64,000 bases of DNA from the human T2T-CHM13v2.0 reference genome, Homo sapiens: NCBI RefSeq assembly GCF_009914755.1, contig NC_060927.1. One strand, given 5' to 3'. Position 1 is the stretch's first letter. Each line of letters starts with the position of its first letter. The notes under the pieces were generated by a model that saw nothing but the letters and a program-made list of their open reading frames with translations, was not told the DNA's origin and ran no database searches. Positions 44,869 through 62,218 of the stretch are shown one piece after another. Position numbers and translations under genes: made by a program.

Positions 44869-45178
44869 TTTTGTTTTTTTTTTTTTTTTTTTTTTTTTGA
44901 GACAGTCTTGCTTTGTCACCCAGGTTGGAGTGCAGTGGCGTGAACATAGCTCACTGCAGCCTTGACATCCAGGTTCAAGAGATTCTCCCACTGTAGCTTC
45001 CTGAGTAGCTGGAACTACAGGTGCACACTAACACACCTGGCTAAATTTTTGTATTTTTTGTAGAGATGGGGTTTCACCATGTTGCTCAGGCTGGTCTCAA
45101 ACTCCTGAGCTCAAGCAATCTACCCATCTCCAACTCCCAAAGTGCTGGGATTACAGGAGTGAGCCACTGTGCCTGGCC
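44869..45178 (-). mobile_element. AluJ
   Basis: Poly-T then GAGACAGTCTTGC...ATAGCTCACTGCAGCCTTGAC...GCCTGGCC. Confidence 0.9.
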
Positions 45179-45398
45179 AATTTCTTATAGCTCCTAAATT
45201 TAAAAAACGTACCACTTTTTCAACTTGATTAAACCGAACTGCTTTTGTGAAACATTATGTCAAGAAAAGGGAAGCCATTCCAAATATGATTTAAAGTTTA
45301 AAACAATAAGTAGAAAATAAAAAAGCAAACAAAACCACTCATGCTTCCAAAATAAATACATTAAAAATAGAAAATGTATTAAATAAGAAGCCACTTAC

Positions 45399-45481
45399 TT
45401 GCTAGCTTATGTTCTCTGTCTACTAGCTGATTCTGTACTTCTTTTCTCTGTTCTTCTTTCTCTATTAATTGGGCAATACTT
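45399..45481 (-). CDS. CIP2A: CIP2A exon 19: (K)[10 protein letters not shown]...DREHKLA
   Basis: cttcag|A acceptor, GCAA|GTAAGT donor, 83 nt. Confidence 0.95.
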
Positions 45482-45553
45482 CTGAAGTTATTAAAAAAAA
45501 TAGAAGAAAACATTAATGAACCATATACCATTTGTAACTTTTTCTCCCTACCA

Positions 45554-45646
45554 AGCACTTTGGGAGGCCAAGGCGGGCAGATCACAAGGTCAGGAGATCG
45601 AGACCATCCTGGCTAACATGGTGAAACCCCGTCTCTACTAAAAATA

Positions 45647-45697
<51 letters not shown>
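45554..45697 (+). mobile_element. AluY-like left-arm fragment ending in an uninterrupted A50
   Basis: AGCACTTTGGGAGGCC...GAGATCGAGACCATCCTGGCTAACATGG...AAAAATAC then A50 (45648-45697). Confidence 0.88.
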
Positions 45698-45989
<292 letters not shown>

Positions 45990-46152
45990 TAAGAACAGCA
46001 ATTGCCTGTAACTTCCACCAAATACATATCTTATATCTAAAATAAGTGACAATTCTATTAATTTTATCAATAAAAAACAATGTTCTATATAAAGGGAATC
46101 ATTTTGTTTTTGAAAAATCCCACATATTCAGAATATAGAACTAGAGATTTTA

Positions 46153-46392
<240 letters not shown>

Positions 46393-46959
46393 TTATGAAC
46401 AAGCAGGACATAAACAGAATTTCATCTACTCTAAAAGGCAGTAAATACATGTTTTGGTTGACTGATGTGGTAAAAATTACTATGAAATAGAAATGTGTGG
46501 GGCATTAATCTCATATTTATGGATATAAAGCCTTATTTTACAGATGATATTGCATTACATAATTTGCTATAAATAAGTTTAGGGTTCTACATTTGTCTCT
46601 TTAAAACTCTGCATCTAATAGTCCTAAGTATTTTACCTGCAAGGTAAACACAGAAAAAAATCCTTTCTAAAGTAATACTTTGATACTCAACTACCATAAG
46701 CATAAAATGTCTTTTTTATTTCACTAAGCACAAAGATTTTTAAAAAGCAACCCAAAAACCAAACCAAAACAAACAAAAAAAACCAGTAGCCAAACTTGGC
46801 CAGCAGTTTTTGTATCTAATCCATACAGGAATTTTAACAATCTGAGTTTGAGTGCCTTTAGACAGTCCTGACCATTACAAATGACCTTTTCCCCAGCCAG
46901 CTTCATTTACATGTTATCCACTTGTCCATTCAAGGAATTTCACCTTCTAGCCCCTAAAT

Positions 46960-47816
46960 CACTAGCTGGAACATAAGCAGGTCTTAGAAACCACGTATTT
47001 TTCTTGGACGCTGCCTATCTCTTAGGTTCTCTATGTGAGACAAAGCAGGTATCCCCTTTTTAGGAGGTCTGAGGACCTCAAGCTGGAAAATAAAGGAAAA
47101 TCCTGAGTTCACTCAAGGGAAATTCCAGGGACCTAGATAGCCCTAGAAGTAAATAAGTAACTTGTTAAACAGGAAGGTAATAGTAGCCTAAATCAAAGTT
47201 AACAAACTTAAGAGTACCAGTGATACTTGATTCTTTATAGAACTTAAAGAAAACAACTTAACACATGTCCCTGAGTTGTATTTCAGAGACCCGGACCCTC
47301 ATTGAGGAAGCCCACTGACCAGATCCATTGACAAGTAGAGCTCAGGTAAGGAGAAAATGAAGGCTGAATTTTAACCACTGTTCTTTGTTCTAAGTTTCTT
47401 TCTCAGGGTCTTGAACAAAGTCACTCTCCCTAGCTAGTTAACATTTTTCTACTGACCCCAAATGTTTAAACAAAGCTGCTCTTCCTTAACCAACTGCAAA
47501 TCGAAAAATCTTTGGGTCTACCCATGACCTGTAAGCCCCTGCTTCACAATATCCTGTCCTTTAAACTTAAACCAATGTATAACCTTTAACTATTTATTTA
47601 TGATTTTTGTCTGTAACTTCCACTTTCCTGAAATTTACTCGCCTTTAAAAATCCTTGCTTGCAAGCTATTGGGGAGGTCAGTATTTGAGCATTTGGCTGC
47701 CTGCTCCTCCTTACTTGGCACCCTGCAGTAAAAGCCTTTTTTTCTATCACTGCAAACCTTGGTGCAGATACCTGGTTTTACTGTATTGAGCAAATGGACC
47801 CCATTTCAGTTCTATA
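46960..47816 (+). mobile_element. ERV1 solo LTR (MER39/MER34-like)
   Basis: GACCTGTAAGCCCCTGCTTC, AAACCAATGTATAACC, and CTTTAAAAATCCTTGCTTGCAAGC motifs. Confidence 0.65.
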
Positions 47817-48250
47817 ACGTATTTTCTTCACTGCTGACGTTCTCAACTTGGCTTATCACTAATACTACACTTTATCAGTGGTGCCTCAAACAATCAGACT
47901 TTGTAAAAAGTTGCTGGGGTAAATATCCTGTTAAAAAATCACTTTGTCATCATTTTCTAGATACTATTCATTTCTCACCCTTCATTATTATTGATGGGAA
48001 ATAAGCATATGTACCATGCCAAGCTAAAAATTTCTATATCTCTGTATTAACAACATAGAACAATCTTAAAATATAAAGCAATAAACAAGTTCCCCCAGAG
48101 TGTATTTACTTTTATGGGTTGGTAGAAAATACATAATTGTTCCTGGTCTTCCCTGTAATTCAGAAGTTTTACAACTGGCCTAAAAAGATAAAAGAGTTTA
48201 TAAGGGAGGAAAAACCAATCAAACTTTGCTAGTAGGCACACAAATTGGTA

Positions 48251-48362
48251 CAGGTTGAGCAACACTAATTTGAAAATCCAAAATCAGTCTAAAATCAAAA
48301 GTGCTCCAAAATATTAAACTTTTTGAGTGCTACCATTGTGTTCAAAAAGGACACTCAATCTG
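48251..48362. mobile_element. Tigger4/MER46-like MITE
   Basis: TA|CAGGTTGAG...CTCAATCTG|TA termini. Confidence 0.7.
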
Positions 48363-48994
48363 TATCACATTTTGGAGGAAAATTTAGAAATATCTATCAA
48401 AATATTAAATATACATACCCTTTAACTTAGCAATTCACCTATGTGAACTTATTCTACAGATGTAATCACACATGGAAGTAAACTATAATCAAGGATATTA
48501 AGAGATGAGTTAAACACTTACACCTAAATTTCCATTCTATTAGGCAGAATGATATGAAATTGCCAATATTCAACTACTTTTGATCTGCAGAAATGACCAT
48601 TCAACCTAATACTAATTTGACAACTAAGTTTATTTAAAAATTATTAATGAAGTGCCTAACTATGCAGCAAGCACTCCTACAGGCCCTAGGGATCTGTCAG
48701 TGATCAAAACAGACAAACTTGTCCTTGTGGAGCTTATCTCCCAAATGACTGCTGACTGTTATGAATACATAAAAGAAGTCAACTGGAAAGACCTGTATTT
48801 TGTTTCCAACATTGATACTGAGTTTGAGGAAGCAACACTTCATTTCACAATGACTTAAGTTTCTTGCTAATTACTTACCTCATGTGTTATCAGAATATAT
48901 GAAATGCTTACAAAAGGATTTTCGGGTCTCAGAAAAGAAATGCTGCATGTTCATTCTAGGTTCTAACCTTACACAGAAGATTTTACTTTATTTA

Positions 48995-49243
<249 letters not shown>

Positions 49244-50254
49244 TCAACACATACCTACAATTTAAAAGTTTACTAAGTATCTAATAAGCTGGTATCTGTT
49301 GGGTCATGCAAAGCTGTATTAGTCACATATACTTAGGACTTTACTTCTAATAAGTTGGATACTGTTATATTTTTTTAACTTAATACATTATCTGATAAAA
49401 ACAATCTCACTATGATCAAATTAATGGAAATGGATACAACTGCAGCAACATGAAGGTCGCGCTACATACAGTATTCAATTAAAAAGGTATGGTCCTCAGA
49501 GGTAGCCATTAACACTAAACTGCTAAGTGTGCACACCATCAGCATTCTCATTTCAGGTGAGAATTAAGAACAAAATCTTAACGACATCACAGATGCTTAA
49601 TCAAACACTTAAAATTAAGCTAGTATAATCAAAGAATGTAACCTATACCATAACCTGCATGTATTTATTATGTGATATGAAACACTAAAAAAGCAGAAAA
49701 GTCGCTAGAATAAAAAGTTGGTTCCCCCCAGCCCTTTGGATTTTATTTTACAATGCTAGACAAAACCCTAAGCCTTTCTCTGTTTTTACGACTTTGTGAA
49801 GAACCTGTATCCAGTTATTTAGTGCTATTTTTATAAGAACTTTTCCAGTAACATGAATAAAATATTAAACTCTCTAATAAAATACAAGACATGTCCAACA
49901 GACAGAAAATATAAGAATGTGCTATGGGGAGAGGGAAAAATTATTTTAATATCACTAATGTTCTTTCTTGTAATTTGTGACAAATTCAACATACCAGTTA
50001 AGACAAATGAAACCATGTTAAAATAAGCAAAAAAGAAAGAAATATGGGGGAAAAAAAGAATACCATTATTCTGAAGAGACTTAAGAGGCATTTTACTAGT
50101 CACTTATTTTGATGCATCTTTCAAAAGCCAGGAACACTTTATTATAATTCATTCATTATAAATAATATCAAGTTGTATAGATTCCATTTGTATCTGCTGG
50201 GAATTTCATATTACTGCAGTAAGTTCACTCTTAAGGTATACATTATATATGTAC

Positions 50255-51440
50255 ATAATACAATGCCAAATTTACTGAGCACCTATTATGTGCCAAGTGC
50301 TATGCTAGGGCCTGGAGCTATAGAAGCAGTCTTTGATACCATGAGTGAGGGAAAAAAGAATTTCCACGTGGTTTGAAAAATGTTATTAAGAGATAAGCGT
50401 AGGTTTGATACACAGAGGAAGGATCGTCAAACACGTGTGGGAAGGAGACCAGAGTAGGCTTCTGGGTAATGAGGATATTTTAACTGAAATCTGAAGGATT
50501 ATGAGTTAGGCAGAAGAGAGGAAATGGTGTTCCAGACATGGAAAGTCAAGTGCCACGACAAGGAAATACGAGAATATGTCAAGTTTCAGAAAAAGCAAAG
50601 TGGCCTAACATGGCTGACTGCAAAGAATGCGCAGAAATGAAAGATGTGGATTGAGGCCTATATAGTTAGAATCCTTATATGCCAAACTAAAGAATTTTAA
50701 TGATATTTGAAAGCAATAGCAGCTACTGTGAAAGATACTCAGCACAAGAGGGACAGGATCATTTTACTGCCTTAGAGATCCTTGGGGGAGCGGCTAGGTG
50801 AAGGGGGTAGAACCAAGGAAAGATGACTGGCTGTAGAGTATCTGAGAAGAGGGTAGAAGACTACAGGTAGGAAGACTAATTGCTCTGCTATGATTCATAC
50901 AAAAAATGAAAAGGATCCAGCCTATAACAAATAGTGGTAGAAGCAGAGATAGGGCAGAAAAGAGTAATATTTAGAAGGTAGAATCAACTGGACTTGGTGA
51001 ATAATTATAGGAGGTAAAAACTGTGATTTCCAGGGTTCTTATTTGTAGAACACTAAAAACAGAAGAGGGAATACATAAGAATAATTTTAAAAAGGGAAGG
51101 GTGATTAGTTCATTATTGGTTATGCTGAGTTTGTGGTATTTGCTGTATATTTAAATGGAGCAACATAGGCACATAGTGCTCAGGAAAATGATCTGTGCTT
51201 GACATATAAAATTAGGAACATTACTATTTTGGTAACCATTGAAACCACAGAACACATAACTAAAGGAAAAAGGTTTAGAATATAAGTCCCAGAGTCCCCA
51301 ACACTTAAAGGTACAAAATAAATAACATAGGAAAATAATACAAGGTAGCAAAAAAAAATCAGGTAACGATGTAACCAAAATTAAAGAGGACAGAATTTCA
51401 GGAAGAAGGAAGGAGGCATGTCAAATGCTAAGGAGAATTT
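50255..51440. mobile_element. L2 fossil
   Basis: ATTTACTGAGCACCTATTATGTGCCAAG and GGTAGAATCAACTGGACTTGGTGA. Confidence 0.65.
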
Positions 51441-51522
51441 ACTTCAATTAGAGTAACAAATACATAACTAATATTTTGCATGTTTTACTTATTAATTTTT
51501 CTACAAATCAGATGTGTCTTTA

Positions 51523-51645
<123 letters not shown>

Positions 51646-51713
51646 CTACAAGAAAACATATCATTAATTTTCATTTTAGGAATACATCTATTAAAGCTTA
51701 TTACACATTGTTA

Positions 51714-51806
<93 letters not shown>

Positions 51807-51958
51807 CTACATTTTAAGAGTAAAAAAACTTAAAATTTTAATAAAATATTTTGACACAATGACAAAATAAATGCCTACTTCAAAACTAAATCATTAAAAC
51901 TTAATGATGAGTAACAAAATAAAAACAAATGCTACATCAGGTAAGTCACAAATATTTC

Positions 51959-52249
51959 TTTTTTTTTTTTGAGATGGGTCTCACTGTCACCCAGGTTGGA
52001 GTGAAGTGGTATGATCTTGGCTCACTGCAACCTCTGCCTCCTGGGTTCAAGTGATTCTCCTGCCTCAGCCTTCAGAGTAGCTGAGACAACAGGCATGAGC
52101 CAACACGTCCAGCTAATTTTTTGTATTTTTAATAGAGACGGGGTTTTGCCATATTGCCCAAGCTGGTCTTGAACTCCTCAGCTCTGGCAATCTACCCTCC
52201 TTGGCCTCCCAAAATGCTGGGATTACAGGCGTAAGCCACCGCACCCGGC
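51959..52249 (-). mobile_element. AluS
   Basis: Poly-T, two arms, ends GCACCCGGC. Confidence 0.9.
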
Positions 52250-52366
52250 AAAATGTTGAAATTTTGACTGATTTTTCTTATTTCCAAATTTTCCAGAATA
52301 TTGTTATTTCTTATATTAAGGTTTCAATAGTGAAATCTGTACCTGACAGTGTTTAGATACACGTTA

Positions 52367-52630
<264 letters not shown>

Positions 52631-53179
52631 TCAAAGAAAGGAAAAAAAAATTATACGAAAATAGAAGAAAAGGCAGACTTAGTGCAGAATTAGGGAATTT
52701 TTAAGAATGGGTCCTTTTTTTGAATAGAAGTCTTCAAATAATCTTGGAGACCATGATGAAATGAAGTCTTGGGAAATATTCTGAATTTTCCAGAGCACCC
52801 ACTTTTCTGTTTCTAACCTTTTATAATGACAGCTTCACCTCTGGTTTGGAGGCATTGTAAGACTAGTTTATGAGTGTGGATTATCTGTAATAAGTACAAA
52901 GTTATTGGTACTGGTCAGAATAATGTTCTTATCATGGGTGATATCACCTGGCCTTTACGTCCTTAGTCCTTTTCCTTTCTCACTCAGTACATACTTTTCA
53001 CCAACCTGACTTCCATTCTAACCCTTTAAAATCCTCTCTTTCTCCTACCTCAGGCCTTCATATGAGCTGTTCCTTTATCTGGAACACGCTTTCTACCACA
53101 AAACAAAATATTTTTTTCACTTATCTCTTAACTAAAGTGCAAACTGCAAGATGGCAGGCACTCAGCCTAATTTATTATA

Positions 53180-53460
53180 GGCTGGGCATGGTGGCTCACA
53201 CCTGTAACCGCAGCACTTTGGGAGGATCACTTGAGTCCAAGAGTTCGAGACAAGCCTGGGCAACCTGGTGAGACCCCTCTATAAAAAAATAAATTAATTA
53301 AGCAGTTGTGGTGGCACAAGCCTGTGGTCCCCGCTACTCAGGGGGTTGAGTTGGGAATATCACTTGAGCCCCAGAGGTCGAAGCTGCAGTGAGTCATGAT
53401 CACACCACTGCACCCCAGTCTGGGTGATAGAGTGAGACCCTGTCTCGAAAACAAACAAGT
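53180..53460 (+). mobile_element. AluJ with a small left-arm deletion
   Basis: GGCTGGGCATGGTGGCTCACACCTGTAA...GAGTGAGACCCTGTCTC. Confidence 0.85.
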
Positions 53461-53994
53461 AAATACACACACACAAAAACCCTACCTACCAATGCATCCA
53501 TAATATACATTCAGTTTATTAAACGCCCAAGATAATGTCAAATAAGGGCATTAAATAGTAAGCATAAAATGGACATCTGAGATAATGCCCAAAGAGAAAA
53601 TTATTTACAACACAAATAAGACAGGGAATGCCAAGACACAGTCAAAATGGTGGGAAGGCCTCACACACAGAGGCAGAGGATAAGACTTCCATGTTCAGTG
53701 AGGCTGCAGATTCCCCTTTGAAGCTCTTAAGGTTTTGTTTCATGTCAGATTACCAGTTTATGCAAGCAGGCCACCACAAAATAGAGCAGCTTTACAGACC
53801 ACTTTTAACTTGTAACTTGAAAAGCTTCCTGTGTATTTTTGTTGTTGCTGTTAAAAAAATATTTATTATAAAATTAAGGGAATTTTGGTTATATGTTCTC
53901 TAGGTCTTACATCCCATACTTTAACTCTTAAGGTATGATGACCTAAATTGCTAATTCTGAAAAGTGGAATTGCTAAATCAGTGAATAGCATATA

Positions 53995-54202
53995 GCATGG
54001 ACCAGCACTTTTTCTTATAGGTCAAGATAGTAAGTATTTTAGACTCAAGGACCTATCTGGTCTCTGTCACAATTACTCAATTCTGCTTTTATAGAGTGAA
54101 AGCAACATAGACAGAGTATAAAAATGAGTGGGTGTGGCCATATTCCAATAAAACTATTTACAAAAACAGATGCCTGTCCACTGGCCAGTTTGCTGATCCC
54201 GG
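53995..54202. mobile_element. MER58A hAT-Charlie
   Basis: GATAGTAAGTATTTTAGACT...CCAATAAAACTATTTACAAAAACAG...AGTTTGCTGATCCC. Confidence 0.7.
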
Positions 54203-54902
54203 TATACAGGGAATATCTTACCTGTTTATCAACTACTTCAAATTATTCAAACCATTTTTACAAATTCATACATATAAATGACTTAAAAAAATTTTAAACC
54301 AGACTCCTAATAGACATTTAGTTCAGAGAGCCCTGAAATCTGAATTTTTTTTCAAACATAATTGCAAATATTCTTATTGCTTGAAAGTAACGAGTATAGT
54401 AGAAAATTTTGCCTGGTTGTCATTTTTCCACTTTCTGATAAAAGTTCAGATTTTTTTCTTTAGGAACTCTCCTATTCTCCTATCCCAACTAACTTTTAGT
54501 CCACATCGTTCTCATGGATAACCCAGGCCTGGTCAATGACTAATGCTTAGACCTTTTCCTTAAACAGTCAGGAAGGAAAAGCTCTTTCTATGGAGGAACT
54601 AAACTGGGAGGATGTAGGCTTAAGAGTGTCCAGAAGTTATCATTAAAAAGAAGTGGCTAGAGACATAGAGGGATAGTACCTGAAGAACATTTAACTGCCT
54701 GGATCTAGCTTTTCCCTGAGTGAGTATACATCTGAACTTTTCATTTATAAGAATCAAACATTTTTAGAAATCACTTGAAAAATTACTATTACAATGAAGT
54801 CTTCAATTCACTAATTTGCTTGTGTATCTATACTGAGGACTAAAGAGACATAGCAGGGTATTCCAACACCACAAGAGATACACTGCAAATGATTACAACT
54901 CA

Positions 54903-55022
<120 letters not shown>

Positions 55023-55519
55023 CTAAATAAATCAGAAACCAAAAAAGAAGCAGCAGAAAGAATAAACAATGTCAGCTCTTTTAGATAGGAGGTGAGTAAA
55101 TATATGTAAATCTTAATTCTAGGCAAATTCTAAAATGTTTCTAATGTTTGAATATATTATAGTCTATATAGTTTGAATATATTATACCTTGTTATAGCTG
55201 TTTACACTGCAATGCAATCAATATGAACAGTTTAAAAAAATCTGGCAAAGGTTTTGAATGCTTTCAAATGTGCCTATAAAAATTATGCCTTATATATTTT
55301 CGTGGATTAAAAAACCCACAACTGACTGATGTGTAGAATTAATGTTTTTTTCCAAGCTATCATTTAAAAGAAAAAAATGGCCAATCACTTCCAAATTAAG
55401 GCTATAAAATAAAAAGTAAAATTCAAATTAAATTAGAACATTTAAATTTAAAGATCGAAAAAATACAGTTACTTCAATCATTTATGTCAGTAAATATTTT
55501 ACATTAGTATTGTAAGCCC

Positions 55520-55760
55520 CAAGTCATCAACATATATCTAAAATGTCTGGGACCAGAAGTGTTTCAAATTTCTGATTTTTTTCAGATTTTAGAATATTTA
55601 CATGTACTTACTGGTTGGGCATCCCTAATCCAAAAACCCAAAATGCTTCAGTGAGCACTTCCTTTGAGTATCACCTTTGAGCCTCATTTTGGTACTTAAA
55701 ACGTTTTGTTTTTTGGAGCATTTCAGATTTCAGATTTTCAAATTAGGGATGCTCAACCTG
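55520..55760. mobile_element. Tigger4/MER46-like element
   Basis: TGGGACCAGAAGTGTTTC...TTAGGGATGCTCAACCTG|TA. Confidence 0.75.
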
Positions 55761-56219
55761 TATTATGAAAAACATCTTAAATAATGGACATAACATCAGT
55801 TTGACTCCTTTAAAAATACATTGAGATATTAGTGAAGAAAATATTAAAATATAAATCCCTTATAATTAAAATATTGAGTACCTTGTAGGTACTTGAGTAT
55901 AATCCAGTGTCACAGAACTGTGATAAGAGCAGAGCTTTATCTCCAAAACCCTCAATGGTAAGCCTCATTATTTCCAGTTTGTAGTCGAGGAAATTGAAGT
56001 CGAGAGAGGTGAAATAACTTACTCAAGCCTGTACTAAGAACCAGTAGAGTCAACATTTGAACTCAGTCCCTTAATCTCAAAACATGCCAGTGGTCCCTGC
56101 CTAAGGTTTCAGTTTTGGCTTCTACACTGTCTATACAGTCACTAGAGATGTCTCTGTTAAGCTACTGCAGTAATTTAATTCACTCATTTTTGTTAAACAT
56201 CTGTTGTAAAGGTAGGTGT

Positions 56220-56649
56220 TGTAAATATTATTACACAAAGTTTTTAAGAGGCTAATATTTTGGAGTAGTCTCCTCCACTATGCTTTAGCAGACCAGATCA
56301 AACCAGAAAGGAGTCACTTGGATGAGTGCCATGTAATCAAACTGCACTTTGAAATGGGCCAGTTTTCCAAAAAACCAGGAGATTTCAGTCAACCTGAGTT
56401 AGTATAATAAGGAAGCCCCCTTTATTATAATTCTATAGGAAAAGTAACTTTGAAATGACCAATCTGCTTTTAGTTCCCTATTTGTGCTTTCTTCAGCCCT
56501 TTTCTGGTCTATAAAGTCAACCTTCTCTGCTTAGCCCAGGGGAATGATTCATTCTATTTTATAGAATGAGGCTGCCAAATTCTAGAATCATAAATAAAAG
56601 CCAGTTAGAACTTTGAACTAAATTTGTTGTACTTTGCCTTTTGATAACA
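56220..56649 (+). mobile_element. ERV1 solo LTR (MER31-like)
   Basis: TG...CA termini, AATAAAAGCCAGTTAG and CTAAATTTGTTGT near the 3' end. Confidence 0.6.
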
Positions 56650-57048
56650 GCTAGAGATCATATTCAGCTACTATTATCATTGAAATTTGTGAGTTAGCTA
56701 TTTTCTGCACAGCCCTTCTAATTATCACAATCCTTTTCTTCCAGCTGTCTCCCTATCCCCTTAATACCCTACATCAACCCTAACCAAAAACAAAAACCCT
56801 AAAACAAATATCACTCTTCCTCCAATGCCAACAGAAACAAATGAAGAAATATACAAATACAACACAAGAAAGGAAAAGGCTGAGGAAGCAGCACTATTGT
56901 GAACATTCTCTACATTAGTGTCATGAGCACTTATGTTCAATTCCTGTGAAAGTATATAAAATAACTGTGCAGTGAGACTATTATAACTGCTTAAGACAAC
57001 AACTTTAAACTTTCTTCTCATTGCCAATTCTAAGAGAATTATCTTCTA

Positions 57049-57234
<186 letters not shown>

Positions 57235-58273
57235 TTAAAGATAAATCACATTTAAATTAGATAACTGAAAAATTTCTTAGAGCTTGTTTCTGTCCAAAAT
57301 TCTAAAGAAAATGAAAAAAACCAACACTTGTGTTTTTTAAATTCAAGATGATAAAGTCCTGTTTCTATTGAGAAGTAAAAATCTCAATCAACATTCTTAT
57401 AACTCAAGATCCAAAGAGAACAAACTGGCATTAATAGCCTTAGTTTAGACAGTGTTTCTTTTACTACCAACCTGCTTCAACTTTCTGTTTCAAGTAAGTA
57501 GTAGTTTCGAAACACAGTTCATTTAATTCTTAGCTTTGTCACTAGAATATCAACAACAGACGGTAACCTTAGGCAATATAGAATATCTAATACGTAATGA
57601 ATGAATTACACTAGGTCATGTTCTGAGTTTTGTACCTGAAAGTAGTATACAAATATAAAAACAGATAATTCTTACTCTAAAGGTCCACAATTACTGACAA
57701 TTGTGACATCTGTGGAAACAGAAACAAATCATAGTGTCTACCACTCAGCAGGTCCTCAGTAAAGATTAGATGGACTTAATTCATGAGGAGGGAAGGGGTA
57801 TAAAGTAATATCTTATTACCATCAGTGAAAATCCACCTTTAACCATAATTCCTGACCTGCCAAGGAAGGAGAGTTGTCTGTTATTAAAAAGCCTTTAGCA
57901 GTGACTGATTTCCTTGTAATAAAACTACTCTTCTGTTTTTTCATGCTTTTCATTTAAAAAAGTAAAATTGATTACTGAGGCAATGTCAAAAAGGAGCTCC
58001 AGAAATGTTCAGAACCCTTAGATAATTATAGTAAGTTAAAACAAGACAAAACAAACCTAAACAATAAAAAACAACAAATGTTAATACCTTTCTTCAAAAA
58101 GCACACAATCTACAAATTGAATGAATTTACAAAAAATTCATTATGAAAATATGTTTGTTAATCTGTTATATCTTAAGTTATAACCAAAGGATGGTCCTCC
58201 AAAAGGATGAGAATCACCACATCTTTCGATTTTTTACTGCCTTGCCATTTTGTCATTAGAGTTTATATACTCA

Positions 58274-60107
<1,834 letters not shown>

Positions 60108-60943
60108 TCACAAATGATTAAAAGCAAAGATGGAATATACAATACAGAAAAAGTCATCACTGAATTGTAACACTCTCTTTAAATTTTTTATATTTCCTTC
60201 AATATGCCATTGACCTAAGTCTCCTGTGAATATTTAAATTTTTATTTAAAATTTATACTTCTAACCAGTTTTGAGGGCTATGGCTTTTTTCTCAAATTAG
60301 ACAGTAAGGTTTTACAAATAAGACTTTTTTAAACAGACTTTGTGATTTAAAAATTATTCTAAACTAAAAGTATCTACTGAAAACAAATATCCTGAATCTG
60401 CTAAAAGTAATAACAATAATTAAATAATAGACATTGGTCTTAATAGTTTATGACCACAAATAATTTCCCTCAAGACCCTCAAAGGGCTTTTTAAATGTTA
60501 AAACTGATTGTTAAATAATCAAGACCAAGATAAAATAGAAAATTTTGTGAATAATTCTTAATGAACATATTTAATCACTTCATACACATATTTGTTTGTG
60601 TGTAAGACCCAGTTATGTGAAGGGAAATACTTTCAGGAGATATTGGGTTAGACAGAATGGATTTATAAACAGGGAGAATAGTAGAGAATATTAAATTGCC
60701 CAGATAGTAAGATCTACCAGAATGTGGAGTTTTGTCTGTATCTTAAGTGCCTAGCACATTATCTGGCATGCTCTACTCCATTTCACTGACTGAATCCAAT
60801 ATGCCTCTATTGTCCATTCAATGGCCTACTAAACTTGGTAGATGGCATCTATTGCAATGGAGAGACAATGTAACTATCCCCAGTAGTCAGGCAACAAATT
60901 ATATAAATCTTTTTAATATCTTTACTTATTACACTGAAATGAG

Positions 60944-60946
<3 letters not shown>

Positions 60947-60996
<50 letters not shown>
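60947..60996. repeat. (TA)~25 microsatellite
   Basis: Read directly. Confidence 0.92.
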
Positions 60997-61002
<6 letters not shown>

Positions 61003-61195
61003 CACACTACTCAGTGAAAAAAAAGGAAAACACTAATATATATGACTGGCAGAAAAAAACCTAGCGAGTCTAGTATGACTGTTAGTAATTGAGATGTTTT
61101 CCTCAAGTGTATGAACTGTAAGTTTACAAAGAATGTTTTTGAAGACAAATTGTTAACTGAGAGTCACAAAAGTAGAAAAGTCAATCTGTCAGTCA

Positions 61196-61441
<246 letters not shown>

Positions 61442-62218
61442 TCATTAAACATCAATTTCACAGAACTTTAATATACAAAGCAAGTGTATGATGAAGCTGA
61501 AAATGCTACATATTTTAAAGAAAATATTCTAAAACAAAACTTAAGTTTTTTCTTTCAATATTATTTTTCAAATGTGTGAATAGGTTCTAGAAGATTATAA
61601 AATAAACTTATTAATGGTGGTTACTCCTGATAAGCAGGACTGTGAGAACCTCAGAGGGAAGGTCAACTTCAGCCAACGTTAAACTCCTCCCACTCCTTCC
61701 ATAGTACTTAAATTATTTTTAAACAGAAACCTGTTTTGTTTATAAATGACCAAAAAAACCCTAAAAAATAAAATTAGAATTAGTAATACTTGTTATAATC
61801 CTAAAATTCAATAACCGCTATAAAGGATACTGTAGCATAGAATATAAAACCTTCAGGATGGTTATTTCCACACTGTTTGCATACGGTTGGCATTATGACC
61901 CTTAGCTCTCCTACTGTACCCCATTTTTCCTCTACTTTATAAACTGGGCCTTATACCATAACATCCCCCATCAACCAGTTTATTAGATGTTAAGATAAAT
62001 TCCACCTCATTTCACATACTACCAACTTATCACTAAAAAAAAAAAATTTTCTTAAGATCTCCTTGTCTCTCTATTTCCAACTTTTTAAAAGTCTGTTTCT
62101 TACAAATGATATATAATTGGGATTTGTGTTTTAATCAACTTGATAGTATCTGAATTTAAAAGAATCCAGTCCATTAGCATTTACTATAACAAATGATAAT
62201 CTTTAATAAACTGTAGTA

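Noticed and set aside
60747-61064. 105-aa ORF with poly-IY
   Set aside because: Translation of the (TA)n microsatellite.
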